A stretch of 64,000 nt of DNA from the NCBI GenBank assembly GCA_016748015.1, contig JAAOMT010000289.1:755639-819638 (forward strand), read 5' to 3'. The position numbers and the translations under genes were made by a program. The notes beneath the pieces are model-generated. The model searched no databases and was not told where the DNA came from. It worked only from the letters and a program-made list of their open reading frames with translations. Numbering within the stretch: position 1 is the first letter of the stretch; every line of letters starts with the position of its first letter. The stretch comes from Geosiphon pyriformis uo1. Its lineage: Eukaryota; Fungi; Glomeromycota. Positions 1 through 11,800 of this stretch are shown here, piece by piece.

Positions 1-749
1 AGGTTTTCCAAATGAGTCCTTTGTATAATGAACAGAGATTCAATAGTTGTTTTATCTGTAGCTTCTCAGACTCGCAAGTCTGTCAATTTTTTTTTCGGCT
101 TAGTGGCCGGCAATTTTTTGGTAAGTAATCCGTATCTTTTGTACGTGTTCTACCCACTTGTAGGGGTCTTTTATCAGGCAATTCTTGACATCAGTAATCA
201 GCACTTTTAATTAACCAATTAGTGCACAACAATCAAATCAAAATAAAATAAAGAAAAAAAAATAAAATAAAAATAAAGAAAAAAAAAAATAAGCCAAGGT
301 TATTTACAAGTTAGTATTCCGTTAATAGCCGTAATCAAGAACTATTGTTTTAATGTGATTAAGTATCAATTTCTATCAACATGGAGTGTTGATAGTGGAA
401 TTAGGTTTGAGATACTAAATAGTTATTTATTATGTTTAGAAGGTTGTTTTGAAAATCTAAACTTGGAGGTCTCTTTTTTCAGCTTTTAATACTACTGTTA
501 TATATACATAATTGAGATTTCTCAATTCTTTAATTCTTCATGACAGGAATCCTGAAATTTCTGGAATCCTGCAATTCTTTTGAGAGAAATCCTGGAATTC
601 TGAAATTCTGCAATTCCTTATTGGGGAATCCTGAAATTCTTAGAATCCTGCAATTTCTGAGAAGAATCCTGGAATTTCATATTTACTACGTTTACTTCTG
701 ATTGGCTAATAATTATGCTAATATTTTTTCTATATTTCTATGAGTAACA
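1..749 (-). mobile_element. Partial LTR of an LTR retrotransposon inserted in reverse orientation into the Gypsy pol; continues left of the window
   Basis: Minus strand starts TGTTA at 749, where Gypsy pol coding sequence resumes on +. It then has CCAAT, tandem subrepeats, TATATATAA (~500) and a T-rich tract (241-290), the same layout as the other ~1 kb LTRs in the window. Confidence 0.6.
545..680. repeat. Degenerate tandem subrepeats (GGAATCCTG[A/C]AATT-like) within the LTR
   Basis: Repeated ggaatcctgaaattt / ggaatcctgcaattc units visible directly. Confidence 0.8.
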
Positions 750-909
750 ATGCTTTGTAATAACCAATGATATTTAGAATACTATGCTCTTAACATTCCT
801 CTGCCAAATGAGAATGATAAAAATGAAATCGAATTTGGAGTATCTGAACTGGTAGAAGAACTATCAATCACCCCCATTTATCTTTTTAAAAATCAACCAC
901 CCTTATAAC

Positions 910-1337
910 TTAAATATTTCAACAACTATGGCCAAGGAATCAGACCAGAAAAAACACACGAGATTAATGCTGCATATGATCTAAGATACCCAGGAAAAGA
1001 TACTTTGGTTCTTCAACCAAAGTCCTTAACAAAAATCAATTTCAAAATTGCTCTTGAAATTCCACTTAAAGCAATGATTCAAATTGCATCCAGATTATCA
1101 TTGGCAAGCAAAGGAATCAACATTAAAGGAGGAATCATAGATGCAAAATATACTGAAAACATTACCATCATGTTGCAGAATAAAATAGACAAACTATTCA
1201 GGATTGAACATGCCAAAAAAATTGCCCAAGCAATTTATCTACTCTTAATCAACATTTTGGGTTTACAATCAGTTAACAACAGAGAACAATTGGGAAAAAG
1301 TGAAAGAAAAATGCAAGATTTTGGTTCAACTGGATGA
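910..1337 (+). pseudogene. dUTPase domain of Gypsy pol
   Basis: All five trimeric dUTPase motifs recognisable: AAYDL, ASRLSLA, GGIIDAKY, KIAQAI, ERKMQDFGSTG. Confidence 0.92.
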
Positions 1338-1779
1338 TTTACAGTGCCAGTAAACATAACTCTCAATGCACAGAATGAATTCCACCAGATTCTTCAACTT
1401 CCCCAACCAATTACCATTTCACCTTTTGGAGAACATCAAGAAATTTACATTTGCTCAAAACCTACCACTACCCAACAAATCTTTGAGTCCAATGAACAAA
1501 TCTGTTTAAAGCATGAAATCTCAATCCCAAACGTTTATATTCCCAAAAGAATGAAAAAATTTTGAGTTACATTCTACAACCCCAATAATTACCCTATTGT
1601 CTTATTGAATAAATTAGAAATTGGAATCATATGCAGCAATATTTTCCAAGATGAAAATCCTCAAATTGTCTCTAATTTTATTGAAATTATAAAACATATA
1701 TTACTTTCAAATTCAAACATCATTTCTACTACCAAAAACTACCACTTTTTGGAAGAAAAACTCTCTCAAATCAACATGG

Positions 1780-3179
1780 GTCTCTTAAAACCCCAACAAC
1801 AAAGACAATTAAAACAGCTAATAGCTGAATTTGCAGATATATTTGCAAAAGACAACAATGATCTTGAAAAAACTAATATTGTTCAACACCAAATCTATAC
1901 AGAAGATGCTCTACCAAAACAATAATAAGCATATTGAATTCCATCTGCTAGCCACCAATTCATCAGAAAAGAAGTACAAAGAATGCTCAAAAATGGATTA
2001 ATTTAACCATCAAGAAGTCTTTGGGCCTCACCAGTGGTTTTTATGAAAAAAAAAATGAAAAAATCAGATTTTGTGTTGACTATTGTCAACTAAACAGTAT
2101 GACAATTGGAAATGCCTACCTTCTTCCAAGAATTGATAACATGCTAGATGCTCTAAGAAAAGCCAAGTTCTTTTCAACTTTAGACTTGGAAAGTGGATAC
2201 TGACAAGTTAAAATGAACCCAAAAGATTAACTCAAAACAGCATTTACCACTTAAGGAGGAAACTATGAGTTCAATGTTATGCCTTTTGAACTTTACAATG
2301 TACCAGCAATATTTTAACGACTCATGGATGTTGTCTATAAAAGACTCTTATAGCAATCAGTAGTTGTCTATTTAGATAACACTAATGTGTACTCACCAAG
2401 CTTTGAAGTCCACCTTATTTATTTGCAAGAAGTCTTTCAATGATTACAAAAAGCAGAATTAAAGTTGAACATTGAAAAATGTTACTTTGAAAAAACAAGT
2501 TTGATCTTTTTTGGACACATTGTTAGCAAAAATGGAGTCAAACCAAACCCTGAAACAATCAGTGCTGTCAAAAACTTTCAAACACCCAGAAATACCACAG
2601 AGCTACAAGAATTTATAGGATTAGCTTCATACTATTAGAAATTCATAAAAAAATTCTCAGAAATTGCCAAATCACTTAATTATCTTACCAACAAAAATGT
2701 GCCATATCAATGGACTGAAAAACCACAAAAAGCTTTTGAAATTCTAAAAACAAAATTAACAACAGTCCCAGTTCTTGCTTACCCAGACTTCAACAAATAA
2801 TTCCAACTAGCCACTGATGCCTTACACATAGCATTTGGTGCCATCTTATCACAATTAGATGAAAATGGCCAAGAACAAATCATTGCCTATGCCAGTAGAA
2901 CACTCAAGCCAACAGAACTCAAATATGGCTCAACTGAATTAGAAGCTGCTGCAGTCATTTGGACTATATAACATTTTCAACAATACCTGAAAAATGGAAA
3001 AGAATTTAACATTATAACTGACAATATTGGCTTCAAATGGCTCAATAAAAAAAACTAAACAAAGTGCCAAACAGTCTTGATAAAATAATTTCTTAGCAGA
3101 CTACAAATATATTGTACACCACAAACCAGAAAAACTACACACCAATGTTGATAGCCTTTCAAAAATGAGACAAGACTAA
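1780..3179 (+). pseudogene. Gypsy reverse transcriptase and RNase H (disrupted)
   Basis: LPRIDNMLDAL, FFSTLDLESGY, YEFNVMPF, FQLATDA, TELEAAAV and NVDSLSK motifs across frameshifts and stops. Confidence 0.9.
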
Positions 3180-3226
3180 CACCACCAACAATTTCACTAC
3201 AACTTACCACTACCAACAAAACAACA

Positions 3227-4578
3227 ATGGATCCCAGAAATTACAACAATCTTAAAACTATTTGGAGATTCTTACCATGCCAAAAAATTGGTCTCCAAGT
3301 GAAAAACATCGATTACAACACCAATTCAAACAATATTTTATATATCACAACAAAATCTATTACAAAAATTATAGAAACCCAAACCAACCACTCAGATTAG
3401 TACAGAAAAATGAAAAAGAAACAATCCTATACAACATGCACACAGATCTATCTTCAGTACACTTGGGAAGAAATGGAACAATCCAAAGAACTTTTGAATT
3501 GACAATATATAGAATCTTGTGATAGTTGTCAAAAAAGAGAAGAAACTTGCCCCACAGAACCTTTAAATCAATTAAAGTTGAACAATCTTTTGACAGAGTT
3601 GGAATTAATTTAGTTGGACCATTACCTATCACAACTTAAGGAAATTGTTATATTGCAGTTGCAGTAGATTATCTCACCAAATGACCTAAAGCTAGAGTCA
3701 TCCAAAGAGCAGATGCAAAATCAGTAGCAAATTTCATCTATGAAAACATTATTTGTAGACATAGATGCCCAATTGAACTCTTATCAGATCAAAGAACACA
3801 TTTTGTGAACAACTTAATACAAGAAATTTGTGAATGATTCAATGTTAAAAGACTCCTATTATTACCTTATCATTCTCAAACAAATGGACTTGTAAAACGT
3901 TTTAACAGAACATTGTATGAATCTTTAGCCAAAGTCTCAACAGATTTTGAGCAGGAATGGGATATCTTTATTTCATCAGTGTTACTAACATATAGAACAC
4001 TAAAACAAAATACTATGAAACACATACCATTTGATTTTACTTATGAAAGGACAGCAACATTACCAATTAATATCACAGTGGAAACATACCCAGTGCAACC
4101 AATCAATAAAGAAAACTTTCAAGAAACACTCCAAAGAAGAGCTTATATACTTTTTAATACATTGGAAAGAAAAAGACACATAGTAGCCTTTCATATTGAA
4201 CACTCTCAAGCCCTACAAAAAGAAAGGCATGACAACAAATTGCCACCAGTTACCAACGAATTTAAAGTTAGAAATAAAGTTTTCTTATACAGAACTAAGG
4301 CTAAAAAACAATAAAATGGAAAATTTGAACATAAATGGAATGGACTATTTTATATTTATGAAATTCTAGACAATAGATTATACAAGTTAAGACTTGATAA
4401 CAAAGTACTAGCAAAAGTTGCACATGGAGATAAATTGAAACACTATTATTTCAGAAATAATCCTAAATCATTAATTTCACAAATTGGTACACATTTCTCT
4501 TTAATCAATCCTGAAAATATTTTCTGAAATTTAAAACCAATAATTATAATAGAACAACAACCAAACTTGAACACTTAA
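3227..4578 (+). pseudogene. Gypsy integrase (disrupted)
   Basis: H-x6-H ... CDSC zinc finger, GINLVGPLP, AVDYLTK, SDQ, NGLVKRFNRTL and a C-terminal GPF-like region; no chromodomain seen. Confidence 0.9.
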
Positions 4579-4739
4579 TTTAACATATTCTTACAATAAT
4601 TTTTTTTTTAATAACACACAAAAACAGGAAATAAAAATAGTAAATAATTACAAGAAACACCCAAACCCAAAAACAAATAAAAACTCTCACATCCAAAAAT
4701 AATTTTCTTTATTCTTTTTAGTTAGTTAGTTATTTTATC

Positions 4740-5453
4740 ATGATTATTTTCCGAAATATCCAACAAATATTCCAAAAATTAATGTTAGCCTTGAAAACAT
4801 TTTTTGACTTATCCATAACAATTAATGGAAGTCAAATTAATTACATTCAGAAAGAAACCACAGTCCCAGTAGTAAATAATTTTCAGAACTATCACCCCTA
4901 TAGAAGAAAAACAAGAGGTCACTTTGAAAATAGGTTACCAGAACTTTTGAAGCAAGCATTGAGAGAAAACCTTTTAATTGCCCCTATTGACATTCTACCA
5001 AATGCCACAATTCAACAAAAACTTCTACTATTTCTTAATGAACAGAACAATTAATATACTCTTATATATAGATATTTTCATATTGGAAAAACACTTTATG
5101 AATGAAAACTGGAATTTGAAGCAACCAACATCACTCCTGAGGCTATACAAAAACAAATTCACAATAAATTCAAGACAGCAGCTGGATCAACAAACACTCA
5201 CTACAAACTTAGAGCAACATTTAGACTTTATGATTTATTCAATATTTGTGAAAACATCCTACAAAATCCAATACTCCATCCAATAAAGATTCAATATATT
5301 GAAAAGTTCACAAAACTGAAATTTTAACAATTTTCAGGCCAGATCATTTTAATTATCTTGGACTATTATCTTAATATCACAGATAGTACTTGGACTTCAA
5401 TAGAACTCAGTTTTGAGGAGGAGATTATGTTACCAGTAAAATTTAGCTATTAA
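4740..5453 (+). pseudogene. Extra ORF of unknown function between integrase and 3' LTR
   Basis: One frame runs from ATG 4740 through the PPT (ELSFEEEIMLP) to TAA 5451-5453, broken by only three stops, each explicable by C>T or G>A. Confidence 0.6.
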
Positions 5454-6478
5454 TTAACATAAAATTACCCTCATAATTCTTATTATTAATTAGCATATAT
5501 TATTATTTATTTCGATTATTACTTATTATTTAATTAAATTATCAAATATTATTACTCAATCAATAATTTAATTTGTACTCTAGAAATTAAGATGATCAAA
5601 TTACACAATACCCTGAACTATTTAACATAGTCAAAATTCGCCGAAATTAATGGAAATTGGCCGAAATAATTAATAGTTCAGTGAAATAACTTATAGTTTG
5701 CCAAAATATATCTTTAGTTTACCCAAATTATAGCAAAGAGAAAAGTGCAAGTTCAAAGACTAATACTATAGCAAGTTATATAAAAAAAGAGCTTCTTTCT
5801 TCAAGAAAATATATCTTCTCATAGTATCTTATTATAGCATCCTACTTTAGATATCTTAATTAAAACAAATCATCTTTTACACATTCAAATAAAAATTAAA
5901 ATATTTAAAAACCAAATTCTTAAATTATTATACTTGAAATTCTTTCAACACAACTAACATTTTGAAATTAATTAGCTACCAATTTCAATAATTTATTAGT
6001 GACTTCAGACTTGAATAGAAAACGTTTTCCTTAACAGAATTCTATTTCTTTTATATTTTTTTTATTTTTCTTTTCTTTTCTTATCATAATTATTTGAGTA
6101 GTCTACAGACAAGATTCCTGTAAAAGAGTTGACTTTCACAAGCAAAGTAACTACACATTTTTAGTGAGCTTTCAGATAAGCAATTCCTGGGAAAGAGTTG
6201 ATATTTACTATAACATAACTACATAAAAGTAACTGGCATGAAATTGGCTATTCCACTCATAAGTCCAGCAGTTCAAATTATAGAAGATAATTTGAAGATA
6301 AATTCAGTTATTGGAGGTTCAATTGCTTTCAGAAAATGTGAAAGTAACAACAAGCAAACAGTAAGAACATTCAAAAAAAGAGACCAAAAACCTTTGGTAA
6401 CAACTCATACTTATGTATCAATAAACAATGTTTTTTTGCTTTGCAGAGACATTAATATCTTAAACATTACATATAACA
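5428..6478 (+). repeat. 3' LTR of the Gypsy (~1.05 kb)
   Basis: PPT GAGGAGGAGA at 5415-5424, then TGTTA at 5428 and TAACA ending at 6478, exactly where LINE sequence resumes. TATA-like site ~5777. Confidence 0.8.
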
Positions 6479-8515
6479 AACTTTCATATTAAGCTAGTTA
6501 TTAAGATAAAAAGAAAACCAAAAAACTTAAACCAGAGTACAACTAATCTAATCTTGTTAAAATCAAGTTAATTAATATTTTAAGAACCACTATTTTTAAT
6601 TCCAAGCCATCCATCTTAGCAGTCAAAACTTTTAAACTACTCAAACTAAAATCCAAGCCTTATTCTTTACAATTGGAAAAAAAAACAAGTAATATTAACA
6701 AATTTTTTAAAATCATATTTAAATCCAAATTTAAATTCAAAAACACAGAATTAGTTAAGAAAAAATTATAAAAGACAAGTATTAAAGACACCAGTTTCAT
6801 AAAGCTTAATTTTGCATAATATTAGATACTTGATTTACCAAAAGCTCCAAAAAGCATTCTAAAGAAGCCAAACAAGCTTTAAAGAAAAGTTATTTGGTAA
6901 GATAGAAAGAAATTTTTCATTAAAACTTGAAGCACCAAGAAAATAAAAGCCAAAACCAGAACCAATAAATAAATCATTAGAAACAAAAACTGCTAAAACT
7001 ATTTAAGCTCATAATTTACTACCAAAAGCAGTAGGATAAAAGATAAAAACGTTTTTTTTGGCATATAACTTGGCCAGTTAAAGATAATTTTTATCTAAAA
7101 CAAACTTTTTAAATACTCTTAAAGATAGAGAAGTGAGAAAACCAGAAGCACTACATTTTAAAGCAAAATAACCAAAATATCTATATTTTTTCATCAAACC
7201 AAATCTATTCTAACCCAAAAAAGTTTTATATTACCAAAAATTGGCTTTGTACAAAAAACAAATTTTAACTTTTTATCTGATTTAAAACTAATCACAACAC
7301 AATAAATTCTATTGCCAGTTTTAAATAATTAATTTATAATGTAAGTTTTTCTATTAGCCTTCTTTAATAAAGCACCAAAATCATGAGGAGTTGTTTTTAT
7401 GAGTAAAATAAACAACAGTACTTTAAACTGATCTCTGAATATTTTAATATCTTATTTTTTCATGGTTTTTGCCATATATACTAGATTTTTTTCTATTAAA
7501 AATAAATACTTTGCTATCAACTAATTTGCTTAAGCTAATTTGGCAAATTTTATTACAATTTTTTATTATAGCCCAATTAATTATAAATAGATTAACACAA
7601 TTTGATCAAACTCAAAGAGAGCTATAACAATTATTATTTTTAGCATATTTATAAGAATCTTCTTAATAACTGCAGTCCAATTTGAACAAATTTTTTGTTT
7701 TTTAATATTGTTGTTTATGATAATTTTTTTATTTTTAACCAATAATATAGCTTTCTTTATATTTTTTTCTGATGTAAACATTGATTGGATGATTTCTTTA
7801 AATTTTGAAAAAGTAATAACTTTTTCAAAACTATTCATTAATGAAAAATATTTTCTAATAAACTGAGTTTTTACCATTATTGATTTTTTTTTTACAGCCA
7901 AAAAATTAATGTCCAATACAAAAAAATTTCTTGACAGATATTTCTACTTAAGTTTTGGTAATTTTAAGATCAATTTATTTTTTGTCTAAAAATACTGAAA
8001 AGTAAAAAGAAAACAAACTTTATTATTGTCTATGCTGTATTCCAAAGTTTTAATAAAAGAGTTAATTATCTTATTAATATTAATTTTTTTTTGTTTTAGA
8101 AGTATTTATGTTTAAGTTAAAGTAATTTTTATTCTTACTACTAATTTTATATTTAGTATTATTATTAATATAAAAGATTATTAGCATCTTATTATTAATA
8201 TTTATTTTATTAAACTGTCCAGTTACTTATTTAATTTCTTTATATTTTATGTTTGTCTTATCTTTTAAATATTTCACTTTATTTAAAAGCACTTTTTGTT
8301 ACTAAACAAAACTTTTACTTATAAAATCTAATGCTAAAACTCTTGCTAATTTCTTCTTAGGCACAAAACTACTTATAATAATAGCTAACTTAACAACAAA
8401 GAGATTTGTTTCTTAAAAAATAGTGAAAAATATTACAATAAAAACAAAAAAACTTTTTTCAAAAATGTTGACTCTTTTTGAGAATTTGAAATAAAAAAAA
8501 GAAAAAAGTTTTATC
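6479..8515 (-). mobile_element. Heavily decayed LINE 5' part (5'UTR, ORF1, first codons of ORF2), cut by the Gypsy insertion
   Basis: ORF 7581-7916 (KTQFIRKYFSLMNSFEK...FTSEK) matches LINE ORF1 at 24.2 kb. 6479-6506 aligns with the ORF1/ORF2 junction at 13545-13572. 5' motif gataaaactttt. Confidence 0.8.
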
Positions 8516-8884
8516 TTGTAAAGTTTTATTAAAACAATATATTAAAAATAATTTTATAAAATTATAAATTAATAATTAAGTTGATATTTTTTTTTAAATT
8601 AGTTGTTAATTTTTTTATAATGCTAAAAAATTTTGTTTTTTTTGTATTTTTAATAATATTAAAACTAATTTATTTATAAAAAATAAAACTTTAATTATTT
8701 TTGTTTTTTTATTAATTTTATAATACTAATATTAATAATACTTAATTTTTTTTTTTTTTTTTTATATTTTAACGAGTGAGGTCCAAATGTGACCTAGTGC
8801 TATACATCATACAAATGATCTAAACTAGGTGCAAATCATGCGCTTTCTACACGTAACCAGCCACTCGGGCCAGTCAGGACTACA

Positions 8885-11800
8885 CTATACACTTATATGC
8901 ACAGAAACCGAATTTCCAATACCTGAAAAAAATGAACAAAATTTATGAAACCCAAAACCAATACCAAATGCCTCAGCCACCTCCAGCAATCTGACCACAC
9001 CAGCCGAAAGCACCTTAGACAAACCAAAAACCGAAACAGGAATGGAGCCATTACTTGGAATCAAACCATGTTTCTCCATAAATGCTCGGTGTTTGGCCCG
9101 GACCAACCAAATATCATCCCGAAATGCTAAACAAAACTCACGCACAAAGCTCACAATCCTCTTAGCACCCTCCCTAGAATCTTTAAAGACCGAGATAGAC
9201 TCACAAAACCATTTATCGAAAACAAAACCCTTACACAGAGCAACACTAACTCCAACCTCAGAAACACAAGAAGCTAAGGCCTGTAAGACACATAAAGAAG
9301 AGCGAAAAAGGCCAGAAAGAGCCTCCCAAGTTGAAGCATGTGCACCCAACAAACGAGCATGGCCAACGGCATCCTGAGAACATGAAAAAACATGATTTGA
9401 GGTCTCAACATCACCACAAAACAGACAAATCACACTGGGGTAACTCCTGTCATATAAACACTTGCACACAGCAACAGGAAGCCGATGATGGAGAGCCTTC
9501 ATAAAGTAAGTACGACATCCCGCCGTGCGCATGCTGGTAAAACCAGATGCCAAGTGAGAATCGGGGTGCCACACCATAGAAGACATAAACCAATTGACAT
9601 CAGCACGCAAATTATCATCCATAACACGAGAACTCACTCCAATCTCCCAACGAGCTCAGTGAAACAACCAGAAAACATCACAAACAAAGTGTCTAAAATT
9701 ACCAGAAACTGCTGTGCCACCAGCACATAGAAAACATTCACTGACTAAATAAGATAGGCACCAAGCAGAGCAAGCAGCACCCTTGGCAAGCTCATCAGCA
9801 TGCTCGTTGCCTGAGACACCTGAATGACCTTTCACCTTAACCCAATTCACATCCAAATTCTTTTGACAAATAATGGTGGCAATGTAATGACGCTTGATCC
9901 AACAGTGGTTCCTAAAATCTGGACGAACCAGCAAAGACTCTGACCTACATGCATTTAAAGCAGTCTGGCTATCCGAGAACAAGTCAATTGAACGAGAAAA
10001 AGGAACACACTCAAAGGCCAAAGCTATGGTCTGCAGTTCCATCAGAGTAGAAGAAACCAAACCAGACACCCCAACACCCAAATTCAAGTTAATGTCCTCA
10101 AAAAAAGCGGCAGCACCTGCTCTCATATCAGCAGTGCCCAGACTAGAAAGAGACCCATCCGTATACACAGAAAGGCGGGCAGCATCAATGGTCGGCAAAG
10201 TGTCATGAATTACACCAAAATTATGAGAAAGATGAATATCAAACACAGCTTGACCATCTACTAAAGAAGAACTTAAGGAGAAAGGAACAACACCACCAAG
10301 AAAGTGAACGGAAAGATCAAACCAGAAAGGGACTGGGCCACGAGGGTCTAGCCTCTTCCAGCGTTTGAAGATACCCCAACTGAAAACATCACCATTACGG
10401 TCACGAAACTGTTCCACGAAAGCAATTCCATAATGCCTGAGTGAAGAGATGCACTTGAAAAAACAGGATTCACCAAGAACCAAAGACATAAGAGTACCAC
10501 ACCAATGACAAAAAGCACAATCCAGAGGGCCTCCCAAAGACAAATCACACCCAAAAAAAATGCAAACCACACCCGCCAAAAAATTATCCGAGGGACCAAC
10601 ACCAACATGAACCGGAAACAGCAAAGGATGACGAGAATGCCAGCTGAGAACCTGGAGGTCATGAGACCTATGAGAAAACAAGTGACCCAAGACACCAGTA
10701 GAATTTGCAAAAGCAACAACGGAGGCCGATTTACTCTCAGCCTGTATCTGTTCGAAAGTTTTTAAATTGTACAAAGAAGGGTGATGAAGTGCGTCACTGG
10801 AGAAATCACGTGGCAATCCAGACTTGGACTTTAAGACCTTGCAAACCAGAGCATCCTATTTACTACAAACACCAACAGAAACGAAACTGAACTGAGTCCT
10901 GTAGCTGATGATAGGGAAAAGAACTGCAGACACCAAATATGCACACTGTTTGTCCGAAATTGCCTTTCTTAAAACAAGATTCGCAAAGAACCGTACATCA
11001 GCCTAAGCCTTAGCCAAGCTGGGCTTCGAAAGACCCTCAGAAGACAAAAAAATACCCAAATAGCGATGAGATTCCCCTCTTTTGGCAATGGAAATAGGTG
11101 CCCTACTGATAGTCAAATGAGGATCCAACACCCAGCAATTGATGGGAATGGCCACCGTTTTGTCATTGTTTATAAAAATATTGTTAAATCTAAAAAACTC
11201 ACTAGCAACATTAAGGATGCATTGTGTAGCAGCCTGGCTGCTACCAATCCAGATAGTATCATCAACAAAAGCGCCGGCAGCAAGAAATGAAGACAGCCCA
11301 ACTCGAGAATCCACCCGGCCAGTCCTTGATATGAAATGAGAATTCAACCTGTAGCCATACACACTATCCTGTCTCTTGACCTCACACAAAAGTGAATCAT
11401 AAAAAATACACCAGAGAAGAGGCGAGAAAACTTCCCCTTGATTCAGCCCATCGTGGACATAATACCCATCAGTCAAGCCAAAGTCGGTCATCACTTTGTT
11501 GACGTGACCATTGTGAATACTGCCAAAAAATCTAATAAACCTGTCACACATTTTGATCCTGACTAGACTCCTCCTAAGATGTTCCCAACCAACCGAGTCA
11601 TAAGTCTTGCGCATGTTCTGTAAAACCAGCCAAAGTTCACGGTTCTTTTTCAAGGCATCCTCAACCACAGAACCGATAGCAAAAATGGGAGATTGAGTCG
11701 TTGTACCCTTCAAAACCGAAAAATTGTCCCCACAAAGAACATCAAAAGTGCTGCAAGCCAGAGAGATCCTATCTGAAAGGATCTTGGAGAGAATCTTGCG

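Larger units (their letters stand above)
750..6478 (+). mobile_element. Degenerate Ty3/Gypsy LTR retrotransposon, 3' two-thirds: dUTPase-RT-RNaseH-IN-extra ORF-PPT-3'LTR
   Basis: RT-RH-IN order. RT motifs RFCVDY, STLDLESGY, VVYLDN (YxDD remnant); RH LATDA and IAYASR; IN SDQRTHF, QTNGLVKRFN and GPF-like WNGLF. Many stops and frameshifts. Confidence 0.93.

Noticed and set aside
545-680. CRISPR-like array
   Set aside because: Degenerate adjacent repeats without unique spacers, inside a eukaryotic LTR; no cas genes.
6032-6036. TAACA as the end of a 609-bp LTR
   Set aside because: Host LINE sequence only resumes after TAACA at 6478, and sister LTRs are ~1 kb with the T-rich tract inside.
6479-8515. 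Another ORF1-only element
   Set aside because: It keeps the ORF1/ORF2 junction and is cut by the Gypsy; its ORF1 is the autonomous type.
8764-8884. 3' tail as a hammerhead or HDV ribozyme, or tRNA-derived (TGGCCCGAGTGG resembles an A box)
   Set aside because: No CUGANGA/GAAA core, no HDV L3/P1.1 consensus, no B box or cloverleaf.
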